Below are positions 26,539 through 36,171 of a stretch of DNA of 64,000 bases, one piece after another. Within the stretch, counting starts at the first letter, position 1, and each line of letters opens with the position of its first letter. Source of the stretch: an uncultured Burkholderiales bacterium. Lineage in GTDB: Bacteria > Pseudomonadota > Gammaproteobacteria > Burkholderiales > Burkholderiaceae_C. The stretch covers positions 2,162-66,161 of the forward strand of contig CALMIL010000025.1 of the NCBI GenBank assembly GCA_937864005.1. The letters are read 5' to 3'. The position numbers and the translations under genes are program-made. Below the pieces are notes generated by a model. That model did not search any database. It saw only the letters and a list, made by a program, of their open reading frames with translations, and was not told the origin of the DNA.

Positions 26539-27924
26539 ATGATGCTTCGGTCTCGAATTGCCGGCGGTTTGATCTACCCGCTGCAGGAGCGCGTGTTTCG
26601 TCGCCCCACATTTGCCTACCTCGCTGAACTCGAGAAGAGCCAATGGCTGACGCGCAGCGCCGTCGAGGCATTGCAACTCGAGAAGCTGCGCGCGCTGTTG
26701 AATGTCGCGCGCGCTCATTCGCCCTGGCATCGAGCGCGCATGCAGGAGGCCGGACTCGAGCCCGACGCGACCACCAGCGTGGCGGACTTGCGCAAGCTGC
26801 CGCGAATGAACAAGCACGACGCCGCCGCCCATCGCGACGAGATCGTCTGGCAGGGCGTACCCGGTGGCGCGTTCAAGTACAACACCGGCGGCTCCAGCGG
26901 GCAGCCGCTGGTCTTTCACTTCGGGCGCTGGCGGCAGGCGTCCGACGCCGCCGGGCGCATGCGTGCACGGCGCTGGTGGGGGGTGGAACCCGGCGCGCCG
27001 GAGGTATACCTGTGGGGCGCCCCGGTCGAGCTGAACAAGACGGATTGGGTCAAGACGGTTCGCGACCGCCTCATCAACCAGCTTGTGCTCAATGCCTTTG
27101 CCATGTCGCCTGTGCACATGGACCGCTATCTCGATGCGATGGAGGCCTTCGGGCCGCACTGCGTTTACGGCTATGCCAGTTCGCTGGCGCTGTTGGCCGC
27201 GCACGCCAGGGCGCGCGGACGCAAGCCTCGCATGGCGCGGCTGAAGGTCGTTTGCGCTACGGGCGAGCCGCTGTACGACCACCAGCGCGCGCTGATCGGC
27301 GAGGTGTTCGGGGCGCCGGTGGCCAACGAATACGGCAGTCGCGACATCGGCTTCACCGCCCATGAAGCGCCGCAGGGCCAGCTGCTGCTGACGAGCGAGA
27401 GCATCATCCTCGAAGTGCTCGATGAGGCCGGCCAACCCGTCGCGCCGGGTGAGCTGGGCGAGGCGGTGATGACGGGGCTTTGCTCCGATGCGCAGCCGTT
27501 CATCCGCTACCGCACCGGCGACATGGTCCGCATGAATGCCACGCCAGACCCAGCCGGGCGGGGCCTGCACGTCATCGCCGAAGTCATCGGGCGGCAGACC
27601 GATTTCCTGGTCGGCGCCGACGGCACGATCATGCATGCCCTGGCCGGCATCTACGTCTTGCGCGCCACCGAGGGCGTGGCCGAGTTCAAGCTCATCCAGC
27701 ACGACCTGCGCGACATCGAGGTGCTGCTGGTGCCGGATGCGGGCTGGTCGCCCGCCGGTGCGGGCGCGATCGACGCCGGGCTGCGCCAACGTCTGGGGCA
27801 AGACGTGCGGGTTACCGTGCGTTTGGTTGACCAGATTGCACCCGAGGCGTCCGGCAAGCACCGCTACGTGGTGAGCCATGTGCCGCTCGGCGGTGAACTC
27901 GCACGCGCGACATCCACACACTGA
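26539..27924 (+). CDS. Adenylate-forming enzyme of the phenylacetate-CoA ligase / CapK / F390-synthetase family
   Basis: N-terminal helical region (...LEKSQWLTRSAVEALQLEKLRALL...), AMP-binding P-loop-like YNTGGSSGQPL, and YGSRDIG / RYRTGD motifs. Confidence 0.75.
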   Translation: MMLRSRIAGGLIYPLQERVFRRPTFAYLAELEKSQWLTRSAVEALQLEKLRALLNVARAHSPWHRARMQEAGLEPDATTSVADLRKLPRMNKHDAAAHRDEIVWQGVPGGAFKYNTGGSSGQPLVFHFGRWRQASDAAGRMRARRWWGVEPGAPEVYLWGAPVELNKTDWVKTVRDRLINQLVLNAFAMSPVHMDRYLDAMEAFGPHCVYGYASSLALLAAHARARGRKPRMARLKVVCATGEPLYDHQRALIGEVFGAPVANEYGSRDIGFTAHEAPQGQLLLTSESIILEVLDEAGQPVAPGELGEAVMTGLCSDAQPFIRYRTGDMVRMNATPDPAGRGLHVIAEVIGRQTDFLVGADGTIMHALAGIYVLRATEGVAEFKLIQHDLRDIEVLLVPDAGWSPAGAGAIDAGLRQRLGQDVRVTVRLVDQIAPEASGKHRYVVSHVPLGGELARATSTH

Positions 27925-27942
27925 TATTCGAACTCTCAGCGC

Positions 27943-29157
27943 ATGAACCTCACCGATCTGGTCCGGCTGCCCATCCGCTACAAACCCTGGCGACCTCGTC
28001 ATGTCGGCCTGGTGTGGGGCGACGTGCTCGGCAAGACGGGCGCACCGCAGCCTCACGAAGTGCATCTCCGCGCGGCCATCGACTGGCTGTGCCGGGCGCA
28101 GGACGTGCGCGATGGGCAGGCCGATGCAGGGGGCGTCTCGGCGGGCTGGAGTTTTGAAGACGGCTGGCTTCCGAGCTACCCGGAAACGACCGGCTACATC
28201 ATCGAGACCCTGCTTGCCGCGGCCAAGGTCCTGCAACGCCCCGAACTGGTGGCGCGGGCGCAGCGGATGATCGACTGGGAGCTCTCGATCCAGTTGCCCG
28301 ACGGTGCCTTCCCCGGCCATTTCGGCGAGGCAGGCAGCCGGCCGGTGATCTTCAATACGGGGCAGATCATGCATGGCATGGTCGCCGGCCACACCCAACT
28401 GCAACGGCCCGAGTGTCTGCCCGCCGCCGTGCGCGCCGGGCACTGGCTGGCGGACCAGCAAGACGACGACGGCTGCTGGCGCAAGTTCGAGCACAACGAC
28501 ACACCTCACGTCTACAACACGCGCGCCGCGTGGCCCTTGCTCGCGACCGGGCTGCTCGCCGGCGACAAGCGCCTGGTGCATGCGGCGCGGCGCAATCTCG
28601 ACTGGGCGCTCACTCAACAGACCGCTTGCGGCTGGTTTGCGACCAATGCCTTCGTTCCCGGTCGCGCACCGTTCACGCACACCATCGCCTACGCCATTCG
28701 CGGCTTCCTCGAGTCGGGTGTGCTGCTCGGCGACGCGCGCTATCTGGACGCAGCGCTCGAGGCCGCACGCGGCGTCGCGGCGGTACAGCGCGCCGACGGC
28801 TGGCTGGCCGGAACCTACCGGGACGGCTGGGTGCCCGCCGCCCGCTATGCCTGCCTGACCGGCGTGGCGCAGATGAGCCTGAACTGGACCCGCCTGGCGC
28901 AGGCCGCGGGGGCCGAAGCACTGCGCGCCCACGCCCGCACCGCGCTGAGCTATCTGAAGACGAACCACGCGCTGACCCACGCCGACCCGGCGGTGCGCGG
29001 CGGCATCGCTGGCTCCGCGCCCATCTGGGGCGGCTACTCGCGCTTCGAGTATCCCAACTGGGCGGCCAAGTTCTTCGCCGACGCGCTGATGATGGATCTG
29101 CAGGACATCGCCATCCCGCCCGTGCCCGACATCGCGCCTCGAGTCCATCATGGCTGA
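27943..29157 (+). CDS. Hypothetical alpha/alpha-toroid protein with prenyltransferase/squalene-cyclase-like repeats
   Basis: Four spaced Q-x-x-DG-x-(W/F) style repeats: SIQLPDGAFPG, DQQDDDGCWRKF, QQTACGWFATN, VQRADGWLAGTY. No signal peptide seen. The family call is tentative. Confidence 0.5.
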   Translation: MNLTDLVRLPIRYKPWRPRHVGLVWGDVLGKTGAPQPHEVHLRAAIDWLCRAQDVRDGQADAGGVSAGWSFEDGWLPSYPETTGYIIETLLAAAKVLQRPELVARAQRMIDWELSIQLPDGAFPGHFGEAGSRPVIFNTGQIMHGMVAGHTQLQRPECLPAAVRAGHWLADQQDDDGCWRKFEHNDTPHVYNTRAAWPLLATGLLAGDKRLVHAARRNLDWALTQQTACGWFATNAFVPGRAPFTHTIAYAIRGFLESGVLLGDARYLDAALEAARGVAAVQRADGWLAGTYRDGWVPAARYACLTGVAQMSLNWTRLAQAAGAEALRAHARTALSYLKTNHALTHADPAVRGGIAGSAPIWGGYSRFEYPNWAAKFFADALMMDLQDIAIPPVPDIAPRVHHG

Positions 29158-29992
29158 GGGCACGAAGACATTGCGGGTGCTGGTGCTGTGCGGGCGCAGC
29201 CCGCGACATCTGTACGTCGCCAACACGCTGTGCCAGGCCGCCGAAGTGCTTGCAATCGTGCAGGAATCAGGTTCGGAGTTCTCGTGGAAGAAGCTCGCCC
29301 GGACCCTGCGCCCCGACAACTTCTCACGCAAGGCCTGGCGCTGGCTGCGCGACCGGCGCCGCTATACCGGCAACCGCGAGGAGCGGTTCTTCTTTGGCGA
29401 ACGCCGTGCACAACTCGACCACCCCGGCCTGGTGAGGGAAGTGCCGCACATCAACCACCCGGACGTGGTGGCCTTGGCACGCGAGCTCGAGCCCGACGTC
29501 ATCGCCGTCTTCGGCACGTCGCTGATCCGCGGTGACCTGCTGGGAATGGGCCGGCTCGGCATGGCCAACCTGCATGGCGGGCTTTCGCCGCAATACCGCG
29601 GTGCAGACTGTACCTTCTGGGCGCTCTACAACGGCGAGCCGCAAAGCATCGGCTGCACGCTGCACTGGATCGACGCCGGCATCGACACCGGCGGACTGAT
29701 CGCCCATGTCAGCCCGAAGATCCTGCCCGACGACGACGAACTGAGCCTCTTCTGGCGCAGTGTGCAGACCAGCGCCGGCGTCTACGCCGAGCTGTTGCGG
29801 CGACTGGCGGCCGGCGAGCGCTTCGGTCAGACCCAGCCCGGCAAGGGCCGGCTGTATCAGGTGAAGCAGCGTGGATTGCGCGAGGAGCAGGTCGTTGCGC
29901 GACGGTTGCAGGAAGGCCTGCTGCAGGGCCTGGATCTCGACGCGCGAGTCAACTGGTACCCGTCGTCGCCGGCGTCCTCGGCGCCGGCTTGA
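29150..29992 (+). CDS. Formyltransferase-family protein (Fmt/PurN-like N-terminal domain)
   Basis: DVIAVFGTSLIRGDLL..., NLHGGLSPQYRGADCTFWAL, HWIDAGIDTGGLIA: the Asn/His/Asp formyl-transfer motif context. Confidence 0.75.
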   Translation: MAEGTKTLRVLVLCGRSPRHLYVANTLCQAAEVLAIVQESGSEFSWKKLARTLRPDNFSRKAWRWLRDRRRYTGNREERFFFGERRAQLDHPGLVREVPHINHPDVVALARELEPDVIAVFGTSLIRGDLLGMGRLGMANLHGGLSPQYRGADCTFWALYNGEPQSIGCTLHWIDAGIDTGGLIAHVSPKILPDDDELSLFWRSVQTSAGVYAELLRRLAAGERFGQTQPGKGRLYQVKQRGLREEQVVARRLQEGLLQGLDLDARVNWYPSSPASSAPA

Positions 29993-30003
29993 GGCCCCCT
30001 CGG

Positions 30004-31242
30004 ATGTGGAGCGCTGCCCCCTACGCCTGGTGGTTGCTGCCGGCCTGGGTGCTGGGCAATGCCCTCTTGCTCACCGTCTATCGCCGTGACCTGCTTCGCC
30101 TCTGGCGCGAGCCGGTGTTCCGGCACCCGGTCCTGATCATCGAGAGCGACGATTGGGGTGCGGGCCCGCTGTCTCAAGCCTCGGCGCTGCGAGACATCGC
30201 AAACGTCCTGGCGCGTCATCGGGACGCGGCGGGGCGTGCACCCGTATTGAACCTTGCGCTGGTGCTGGCCGTGCCGGACGGACCGGCCATCCAGGCCGGT
30301 GCGGGCTACCACCGAGTCTGCCTGGACGCCCCCGTATTCAGCGCTGTCATGGCAGCCCTGAAGGACGGGCAGGCGAGCGGCGTGTTCGCCTTGCAGTTGC
30401 ACGGTCTCGAGCACTATTGGCCTGCTGCCCTGATGGCCAGCAACGACGCCGATGTGCACGCGTGGCTGCGCCAGCCCGTACCCGCCACGACCGAGCATCT
30501 GCCTTCACCGTTGCAAAGCCGGTGGATCGACGCGGCCAGCTTGCCCTCCAATCCGCACACCTCGGCAGCCATCTGCGCGGCCGTGGCGGAAGAGGTGCAA
30601 GCCTACACGCGGGTCTTCGGCGCCCCGCCCAAGGTCGTCGTGCCGCCCACTTTCGTCTGGACCCGTGAAGTGGAGTCGGCTTGGGCAGCGCAGGGGATCG
30701 AGTGCATCGTGACGCCCGGCTGGCGCTACACCGGCCGCAACGCCCACGGCATGCCGGACGGCGACGAAGGCCCGATCGTCAATGGGGATCGGTCAGGCAA
30801 CGTCACCTACCTGGCGCGCACGGACTACTTCGAACCCCGGCGGGGCCGCGACGCCGCCTACGCCTTGCGCGCTCTGGCTCGAGCCGTGGTTGAAGGCCGG
30901 GTCTGCCTGCTCGAAAACCACCGCGACAATTTCATTGCCGAGCCCGAACAACATCGGCAAAGCCTGGCCGAACTGGACAAGCTCTATCGCGAAGCGTTGA
31001 CGCGACATGCCGATCTGCGCTTCCTCTCGTCTTCGGAGTTGGGTACCGTGCTGCGTACCCGCGATCCGCAGTGGCTTGTTCTCGCAACCCGCGAGCGCCT
31101 GCCGTTCATCTGGCAGCGGTTGCATCGTGCGGGTCGCTTGTGGAAGCTCATGTCGCTGACGGGCTTGGCAGCCTTGGGCGCGATGATCGTGTGGGCGTTC
31201 GGCGCCGGGTCAGCCGAGAGGGCACGCCGCCACCGTTCATGA
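30004..31242 (+). CDS. Hypothetical protein (possible deacetylase/glycoside-hydrolase-like barrel), with an N-terminal TM helix and a hydrophobic segment near the C-terminus
   Basis: MWSAAPYAWWLLPAWVLGNALLL (TM), then PVLIIESDDWGAG, LQLHGLEHYW, LLENHRDNF, and the hydrophobic segment LMSLTGLAALGAMIVWAF near the C-terminus. The function is not recognisable with confidence. The alternative TTG start at 29989 overlaps the upstream stop. Confidence 0.45.
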   Translation: MWSAAPYAWWLLPAWVLGNALLLTVYRRDLLRLWREPVFRHPVLIIESDDWGAGPLSQASALRDIANVLARHRDAAGRAPVLNLALVLAVPDGPAIQAGAGYHRVCLDAPVFSAVMAALKDGQASGVFALQLHGLEHYWPAALMASNDADVHAWLRQPVPATTEHLPSPLQSRWIDAASLPSNPHTSAAICAAVAEEVQAYTRVFGAPPKVVVPPTFVWTREVESAWAAQGIECIVTPGWRYTGRNAHGMPDGDEGPIVNGDRSGNVTYLARTDYFEPRRGRDAAYALRALARAVVEGRVCLLENHRDNFIAEPEQHRQSLAELDKLYREALTRHADLRFLSSSELGTVLRTRDPQWLVLATRERLPFIWQRLHRAGRLWKLMSLTGLAALGAMIVWAFGAGSAERARRHRS

Positions 31243-33570
31243 GGTGATCACCCGCCTGATGAGCGCGACCCTGCGCTGCGGCGTGAACCCGTCGAGGATG
31301 CGTTGGCGACCGGCCTCACCCAGACGCTTCGACTCCTGCGCATCCAGCAGCAGTCGCGCAATGCCTGCTTCCACCGCCTCGACCTTGTCGCCGTCGACAC
31401 GCAGGCCATTGAGCCCATCTTCCACCGCGGACCCGGTGCCGCCTGTGCACCCGGCGATGGCGGGCTTGGCGCAGGCGTTCGCCTCCAGGTAGACGATGCC
31501 AAAACCCTCGGTATCACCCTCGATGTCGCGGTTCGGCATCGCAAACAGGTCGCACGCGCTGTACCAGCGCGGCAGGTCTGCAGGCTCGACATGGCCCAGC
31601 AGGTGCAGACGATCGCTCACGCCGAGTTTGCTGGCGATCTCTGTCAGATAGTCCCAGTCGTCCCCGATGCCGGCGATCGCGTAGTGCACATCGATGCCGC
31701 GCGCCACCAGCCCTGGCAGCGAACGGACCACGTTGTCGAAGCCCTTGCGGCGCTGCAACCGGCCGACCGACAGCACCAGGCGCTGCGCTGGCGCAAGACC
31801 GATGGACGCGCGAAGGTCTTCAAACGGCAGGCCGGGATGAAAGCGGTCCGCATCGACAGTCGGGTAGGCGATCACGATCTGCTCGCGGCGCACGCCGATG
31901 AGCGAGATCAGCGTGTCCAGCGTGAAGTCGCTGTTCGCCAGGACCTTGTCGGCACGGCGCAAGGCGAAGCACATGGTCTTGAACTTCCAGCCCCTTCCCC
32001 AACCCGTGAGCTCCTCGCCGTGCGCATAAATCACGACCTTGCACCCGCGCAAACGCCCGACGGCCCAGGCGACGAGGCCTTCAGGCAGTGCCCGGCCCGC
32101 GAGCGCAGCGACGAAACGGTTGGCAAACGACAGCCGAAGCGACTTCGCGAGCAGCCGCAGGTACATGAACAGCGACTCCGGCTTGACCCACGGGCTGCGT
32201 TCGAGCGGCAGGCGGTGAACGGTGTTGGGATGGCCAACATCGACCTCGGCATCGCCCCGCACGGCGGCGGTGACGATATGCACCGATCGTCCGCCCAGGC
32301 GCCGACAGTCGTCCTCGAACATCACTGCGGTGCCGCCTTTGGTGGGCAGGAACAACTCGGTGATCATGAGCAAGGGCAAATCTCCGGCCCGCCCGCCCGG
32401 CAGCAGTTGCCGGTACAGGGCCTCGTACTGGTCCGCGATGACGCGGATCGAATAGCGCTCCACTGCGTGGCGCCTGGTCTTGTCGCGCATGCCGGCGGCA
32501 GCAGGCGAAAGGCAGCGCTGCACCGCAGCGCCCAAGCCCGCGCTGTCATCCGGCGCGTAGGTGAAGCCGGTCTCGCCTTCGACGATCAATTCGCGGCTGC
32601 CGCTCGCCCGTGCGGCCACACAGGGCAGGCTGCAGGCCATCGCCTCCAGCACCACGTTGGGCATGCCTTCCTTGTACGACGGCAGCACCAGCAGGTCGAC
32701 GCACTGGTAGTAGGGCACCACGTCGGCGTTGAAGTCGTGCAGCACGAATTGCTGCGGGTGGGCGCGGGCCAGTTCGGCCAGGCTGGCATGCAACACGCCT
32801 TGCGGGTCATCACGGCTTTGTGGCCCGACGGCGACGAGCAGCGCGCCCGTGCCGAAAGCATCATGCGCCACCCATTGCTCAGCCAGCCACAGGATGTTCT
32901 TGCGCGCGTCGAGCACGCCCACATAGAGCACGATCGGCCGGCCGACCGGCAACCCGAGGTTGGCCCGAAGCACGGGCACGCGCTCGGCGTCCGCGCGGCG
33001 AAAGCGGGCCGTGTCCACCCCGTTGGGCACGGGGTGGATCTTCCCCGGGCTCACACCACCGGCGAGGAACTCCTCCACCAAGTCCTTGCTGATGCCCACA
33101 CAGACGTCGCTTCTGCGCAGCATGAAGCGGTGCAGCCGGCCGACGAGCGGGCGCGACAGACCCAGCAGGTCATCACGCGCAAGGCTCGCCTTGACGAGTG
33201 ACCTGAGGCCGAGCAGGCGTGCCAGCGGCCCGATGAAGGCATTGGCGAAATAGGCCCCATGGCTGTGCAGGATGTCGAAGTCGCGCCGGCGCGCCCACAC
33301 ATACCTGGCCATGTTGAACCAGAGCCGGAATTCACGGTGCTTGCGCAGGCGGCCGGGCTCCAGGCGCTGCACGGGAAAACCGTCGACCACCGCGGTCTCG
33401 CCCAGGCCCGGCCAGCGGTTGGTGATGAACTCGACATGGTGACCACGCAGCCGCAGTTCGCGCGCCAAGGTAAGGGCCTGCAACGCGGCACCGCTGTACT
33501 CGGGGGTCAGGTACGCGGTGTACATCAGCACACGCGCAGGGCGCTCGATCGGCTTGCCAGGGCTTTGCAT
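31237..33570 (-). CDS. Bifunctional glycosyltransferase with two GT4 modules
   Basis: 777 aa with two complete GT-B halves. Each has an E-x7-E type motif: KEGMPNVVLEAMACSLPCVAARASGSRELI and TEGFGIVYLEANACAKPAIAGCTGGTGSAV. Confidence 0.8.
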   Translation of the reverse strand: MQSPGKPIERPARVLMYTAYLTPEYSGAALQALTLARELRLRGHHVEFITNRWPGLGETAVVDGFPVQRLEPGRLRKHREFRLWFNMARYVWARRRDFDILHSHGAYFANAFIGPLARLLGLRSLVKASLARDDLLGLSRPLVGRLHRFMLRRSDVCVGISKDLVEEFLAGGVSPGKIHPVPNGVDTARFRRADAERVPVLRANLGLPVGRPIVLYVGVLDARKNILWLAEQWVAHDAFGTGALLVAVGPQSRDDPQGVLHASLAELARAHPQQFVLHDFNADVVPYYQCVDLLVLPSYKEGMPNVVLEAMACSLPCVAARASGSRELIVEGETGFTYAPDDSAGLGAAVQRCLSPAAAGMRDKTRRHAVERYSIRVIADQYEALYRQLLPGGRAGDLPLLMITELFLPTKGGTAVMFEDDCRRLGGRSVHIVTAAVRGDAEVDVGHPNTVHRLPLERSPWVKPESLFMYLRLLAKSLRLSFANRFVAALAGRALPEGLVAWAVGRLRGCKVVIYAHGEELTGWGRGWKFKTMCFALRRADKVLANSDFTLDTLISLIGVRREQIVIAYPTVDADRFHPGLPFEDLRASIGLAPAQRLVLSVGRLQRRKGFDNVVRSLPGLVARGIDVHYAIAGIGDDWDYLTEIASKLGVSDRLHLLGHVEPADLPRWYSACDLFAMPNRDIEGDTEGFGIVYLEANACAKPAIAGCTGGTGSAVEDGLNGLRVDGDKVEAVEAGIARLLLDAQESKRLGEAGRQRILDGFTPQRRVALIRRVITS

Positions 33571-33585
33571 GTCGGGTCGTCGCGC

Positions 33586-35331
33586 TCAGGTCAGTTCATC
33601 GTGTTTTTCGAGCCAGGCCCCCAGCACCACCAGCGCCCAAACGCGAAACATCAGCCGCCGGTCACCCGCCATGTACTGCCGCCCGTAGCGCCGAACCACA
33701 TCGGCGCGCAGCAACTGCGTATCGAGCCAGCGGCCATGGTTCACATAGCGCTGCACGAGTGCGAAGTCGTCACCCGCCAGGAACTCGTGCAGCGGGAAGT
33801 CGAAACCGTGCTTGGGCACGTCCCAGATCTCCCGCGGGACGTAGCGTGCCAGAAGCGCGCGCAGGATTCGCTTGGGTTGGCCGGGCAAGTAGCGCCAGTC
33901 AGTGCGAAGTTGCCGGATGAAGGCGTCGGTATCACGCTCGCTGAACGGGCAGCGCACTCTCACGCCGCTGATGAGCGCGGCTTGCGTCAAGCGCTCGATG
34001 GGCATCGCGTTCAGCAACGCGCTGTAGCGCTCGTAGTGCGCGTGGCGCGGAAAGCGCGCGAAGGTCCGGTAGAACTGCGTGTGCCCGAAAGACACCGGCT
34101 CGCCGCAGAGCTCCTCGATTTCCGTGCGGGTGAACCCTTTCCAGCGGATCATGGTGTCGGCCGGGTGCTCGAAGTCGAGGATGGGCGTGTAGCCGGCAAG
34201 ACCGGGCACTGCCGACATGGCGCGTACGAGTGCGCGCCGCAGCCCGGCAGGCAGCAGGCTCGCGTAGCCGACGGCCAGGCGCACGTGACGTGGTGGCATG
34301 GCCCCGACTGCTTCATCGGCGCCCGTACCGTCGAGCACGCCGTCGAAATGCTCCCGACAGTGGTCGAAGGCGAGCACCGTCGCCATCGTGGCCGGGTCTG
34401 CCATCGGTTGGTCCATCCGGCCGCTCAATCGCTCGAACGCGCTCAGGTAGTCCTGGCGGCCGAAGCGAAGCACCTGGTGCGCCGCCCCAATGCTCGCAGC
34501 GACCTTCTGCGCAATCGGCGCCTCATCGAATCGCGCGCCGTCGAAGCCGACCGTCAACATCGTCAGGTCGGGCCGCTGACGTGCAGCCATCGCACAGATC
34601 AACGACGAGTCAATCCCGCCGCTAAGGAATGCCGCAGGTCGCGCCACATCCCGCAACTGCATCGCGACGGCCCTCGAGAGCTCGAGGTCGAGTCGACTCA
34701 CGGCTTCGGCGAAATCGGGCGGCTCGGGCTCACCCGTCGCAGAAGGCGGCACAAGCCACTTGGCGATTGCGCGCGGCGAGCAATGCACGACCTGCCCGGG
34801 TTCGACGGCATGCGCATCACCACGCATCGTGTTGGGCGCGGAAATATCCAGGAAGCGCAAGTATTCGTGGAGCGACTGGCGGGCCCACCTGGGGCGATCG
34901 GCGCCATCGCTCGGCAGTTGCGCCAATTCGGTCGCGAACGCCACGCGGCCACCGGGCAGCCCGGCGTAGAAGAGTCCCTGCAAGCCAGAGGGGTCGCGAT
35001 AGAGAAAGAGTTCGTTTGCGTTACGGACCGTGAGCGCAAAGCCCCCATTCAGCTTGGCGAACGAGTCGATCGACCAGCGTTGCCATGCTGCCAGCAGCAC
35101 CGCCTGGAGCGATTCGTCTGGCCGCAGACCCAATTCGCTCCTCAACTCGTCCGCATTGGAAACTTCACCCCGGAGCAGAACCTGCGCGTCAGCGGACGTG
35201 CAAACAGTGCATGCGACCGGTGTCACAAGCGGATCGGCGTGTAGGGGCACCTCTGGCGCGTGCAATGCGTAGAGCTTTTCAGGATGGTTACATCCGCAGA
35301 AGTCGCTGCAATCTCCAGTGCAAGCCAGCAC
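33586..35331 (-). CDS. Asparagine-synthase-family protein lacking the N-terminal Cys nucleophile
   Basis: PP-loop AFLSGGIDSSLICAMA, and C-terminal KHGFDFPL ... WALVVLGAWLE. The N-terminus (MLACTGDCSDF...) has no MCG start and the glutaminase region is short. The exact start is uncertain because the first 44 nt overlap the upstream methyltransferase ORF. Confidence 0.7.
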   Translation of the reverse strand: MLACTGDCSDFCGCNHPEKLYALHAPEVPLHADPLVTPVACTVCTSADAQVLLRGEVSNADELRSELGLRPDESLQAVLLAAWQRWSIDSFAKLNGGFALTVRNANELFLYRDPSGLQGLFYAGLPGGRVAFATELAQLPSDGADRPRWARQSLHEYLRFLDISAPNTMRGDAHAVEPGQVVHCSPRAIAKWLVPPSATGEPEPPDFAEAVSRLDLELSRAVAMQLRDVARPAAFLSGGIDSSLICAMAARQRPDLTMLTVGFDGARFDEAPIAQKVAASIGAAHQVLRFGRQDYLSAFERLSGRMDQPMADPATMATVLAFDHCREHFDGVLDGTGADEAVGAMPPRHVRLAVGYASLLPAGLRRALVRAMSAVPGLAGYTPILDFEHPADTMIRWKGFTRTEIEELCGEPVSFGHTQFYRTFARFPRHAHYERYSALLNAMPIERLTQAALISGVRVRCPFSERDTDAFIRQLRTDWRYLPGQPKRILRALLARYVPREIWDVPKHGFDFPLHEFLAGDDFALVQRYVNHGRWLDTQLLRADVVRRYGRQYMAGDRRLMFRVWALVVLGAWLEKHDELT

Positions 35332-36085
35332 GAACTCTTCTATGAGCTTGCAACTTCAGCGCGGCCCAGGCAGTACAAAGGGGAACCTTTCTGAAATCTA
35401 TATTCCTGGGGTCCGCCTCGGCAAGGTACCGATTTGGATGAACTATATTGAGCGGGAACTGATTGCAAATTTCAGCCTCGCGCAATAATATATCATGGGA
35501 CTCCAAATATTTATTCTCAACAAATAGAACGATGTTTTGTTTATACCATGTATTGACCCTATCGTTGTTCCAAACCCGTCTTCTGATGCAATCGATCACT
35601 TCGTACCCACGCCGTCGGAAGTGATCGCTCCAGTAGGTCGGCCACTGCTCGTTGACGTGGCCCACGCCACCTTGGAACGGGATCGCTCCAGAAAATAGCA
35701 CAACGGGAGCCAAGCCAACCAATGAATCAACAAAAGTTTCCGCATGATGCTCCGGGATATGCTCCGCCACCTCCAATGATATTGCCAGATCAAAAGTGCG
35801 ATCAAGAATGATCGGCTGCCTAAGATCGCGCGCCATAAACTTCTGTCTTGGGATTTTCAATTTTTCTGGATCCACGTAGTCACCATCTACCCCAAGTATG
35901 TCGACAACTCCTAGTGCGTTACATGTCGATAGCCACGCACCACCTCCACATCCAATATCAACCACACTCTTCGGTTTGACAATATCGAACACGTATGGCA
36001 ACACCTCCATCGCGGACTCTATCGCCTGCTCGAAGTATTCTCCTGCGTTTTGCTCAAACGCCTTCAAATATATATTGTCGTTCAT
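35288..36085 (-). CDS. Class I SAM-dependent methyltransferase (in the low-GC islet)
   Basis: SAM motif I KSVVDIGCGGGAWL, motif II FDLAISLEVAEHI. The region is strongly AT-rich compared with the flanks. Confidence 0.8.
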   Translation of the reverse strand: MNDNIYLKAFEQNAGEYFEQAIESAMEVLPYVFDIVKPKSVVDIGCGGGAWLSTCNALGVVDILGVDGDYVDPEKLKIPRQKFMARDLRQPIILDRTFDLAISLEVAEHIPEHHAETFVDSLVGLAPVVLFSGAIPFQGGVGHVNEQWPTYWSDHFRRRGYEVIDCIRRRVWNNDRVNTWYKQNIVLFVENKYLESHDILLREAEICNQFPLNIVHPNRYLAEADPRNIDFRKVPLCTAWAALKLQAHRRVRAGLHWRLQRLLRM

Positions 36086-36171
36086 TATTGAGGCGCATCA
36101 GTTCATCTATACGGATCGTTGTAGCGGCCAGATGTCAACGATGGGAGAAGCATTTACTGCGGGTGCAGAAG

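Noticed and set aside
26530-29331. 933-aa minus-strand ORF spanning three plus-strand genes. Similar long ORFs occur at 20573-22384 (-), 22663-23997 (-), 24888-26339 (-), 31303-33201 (+), 33259-35244 (+), 56976-59291 (-) and 58961-60472 (-), among others.
   Set aside because: These are antisense shadow ORFs of well-supported genes. Their translations are Arg/Ala/Gly/Pro-rich with no motifs. Stop codons are simply rare in the complementary frames of high-GC coding DNA.
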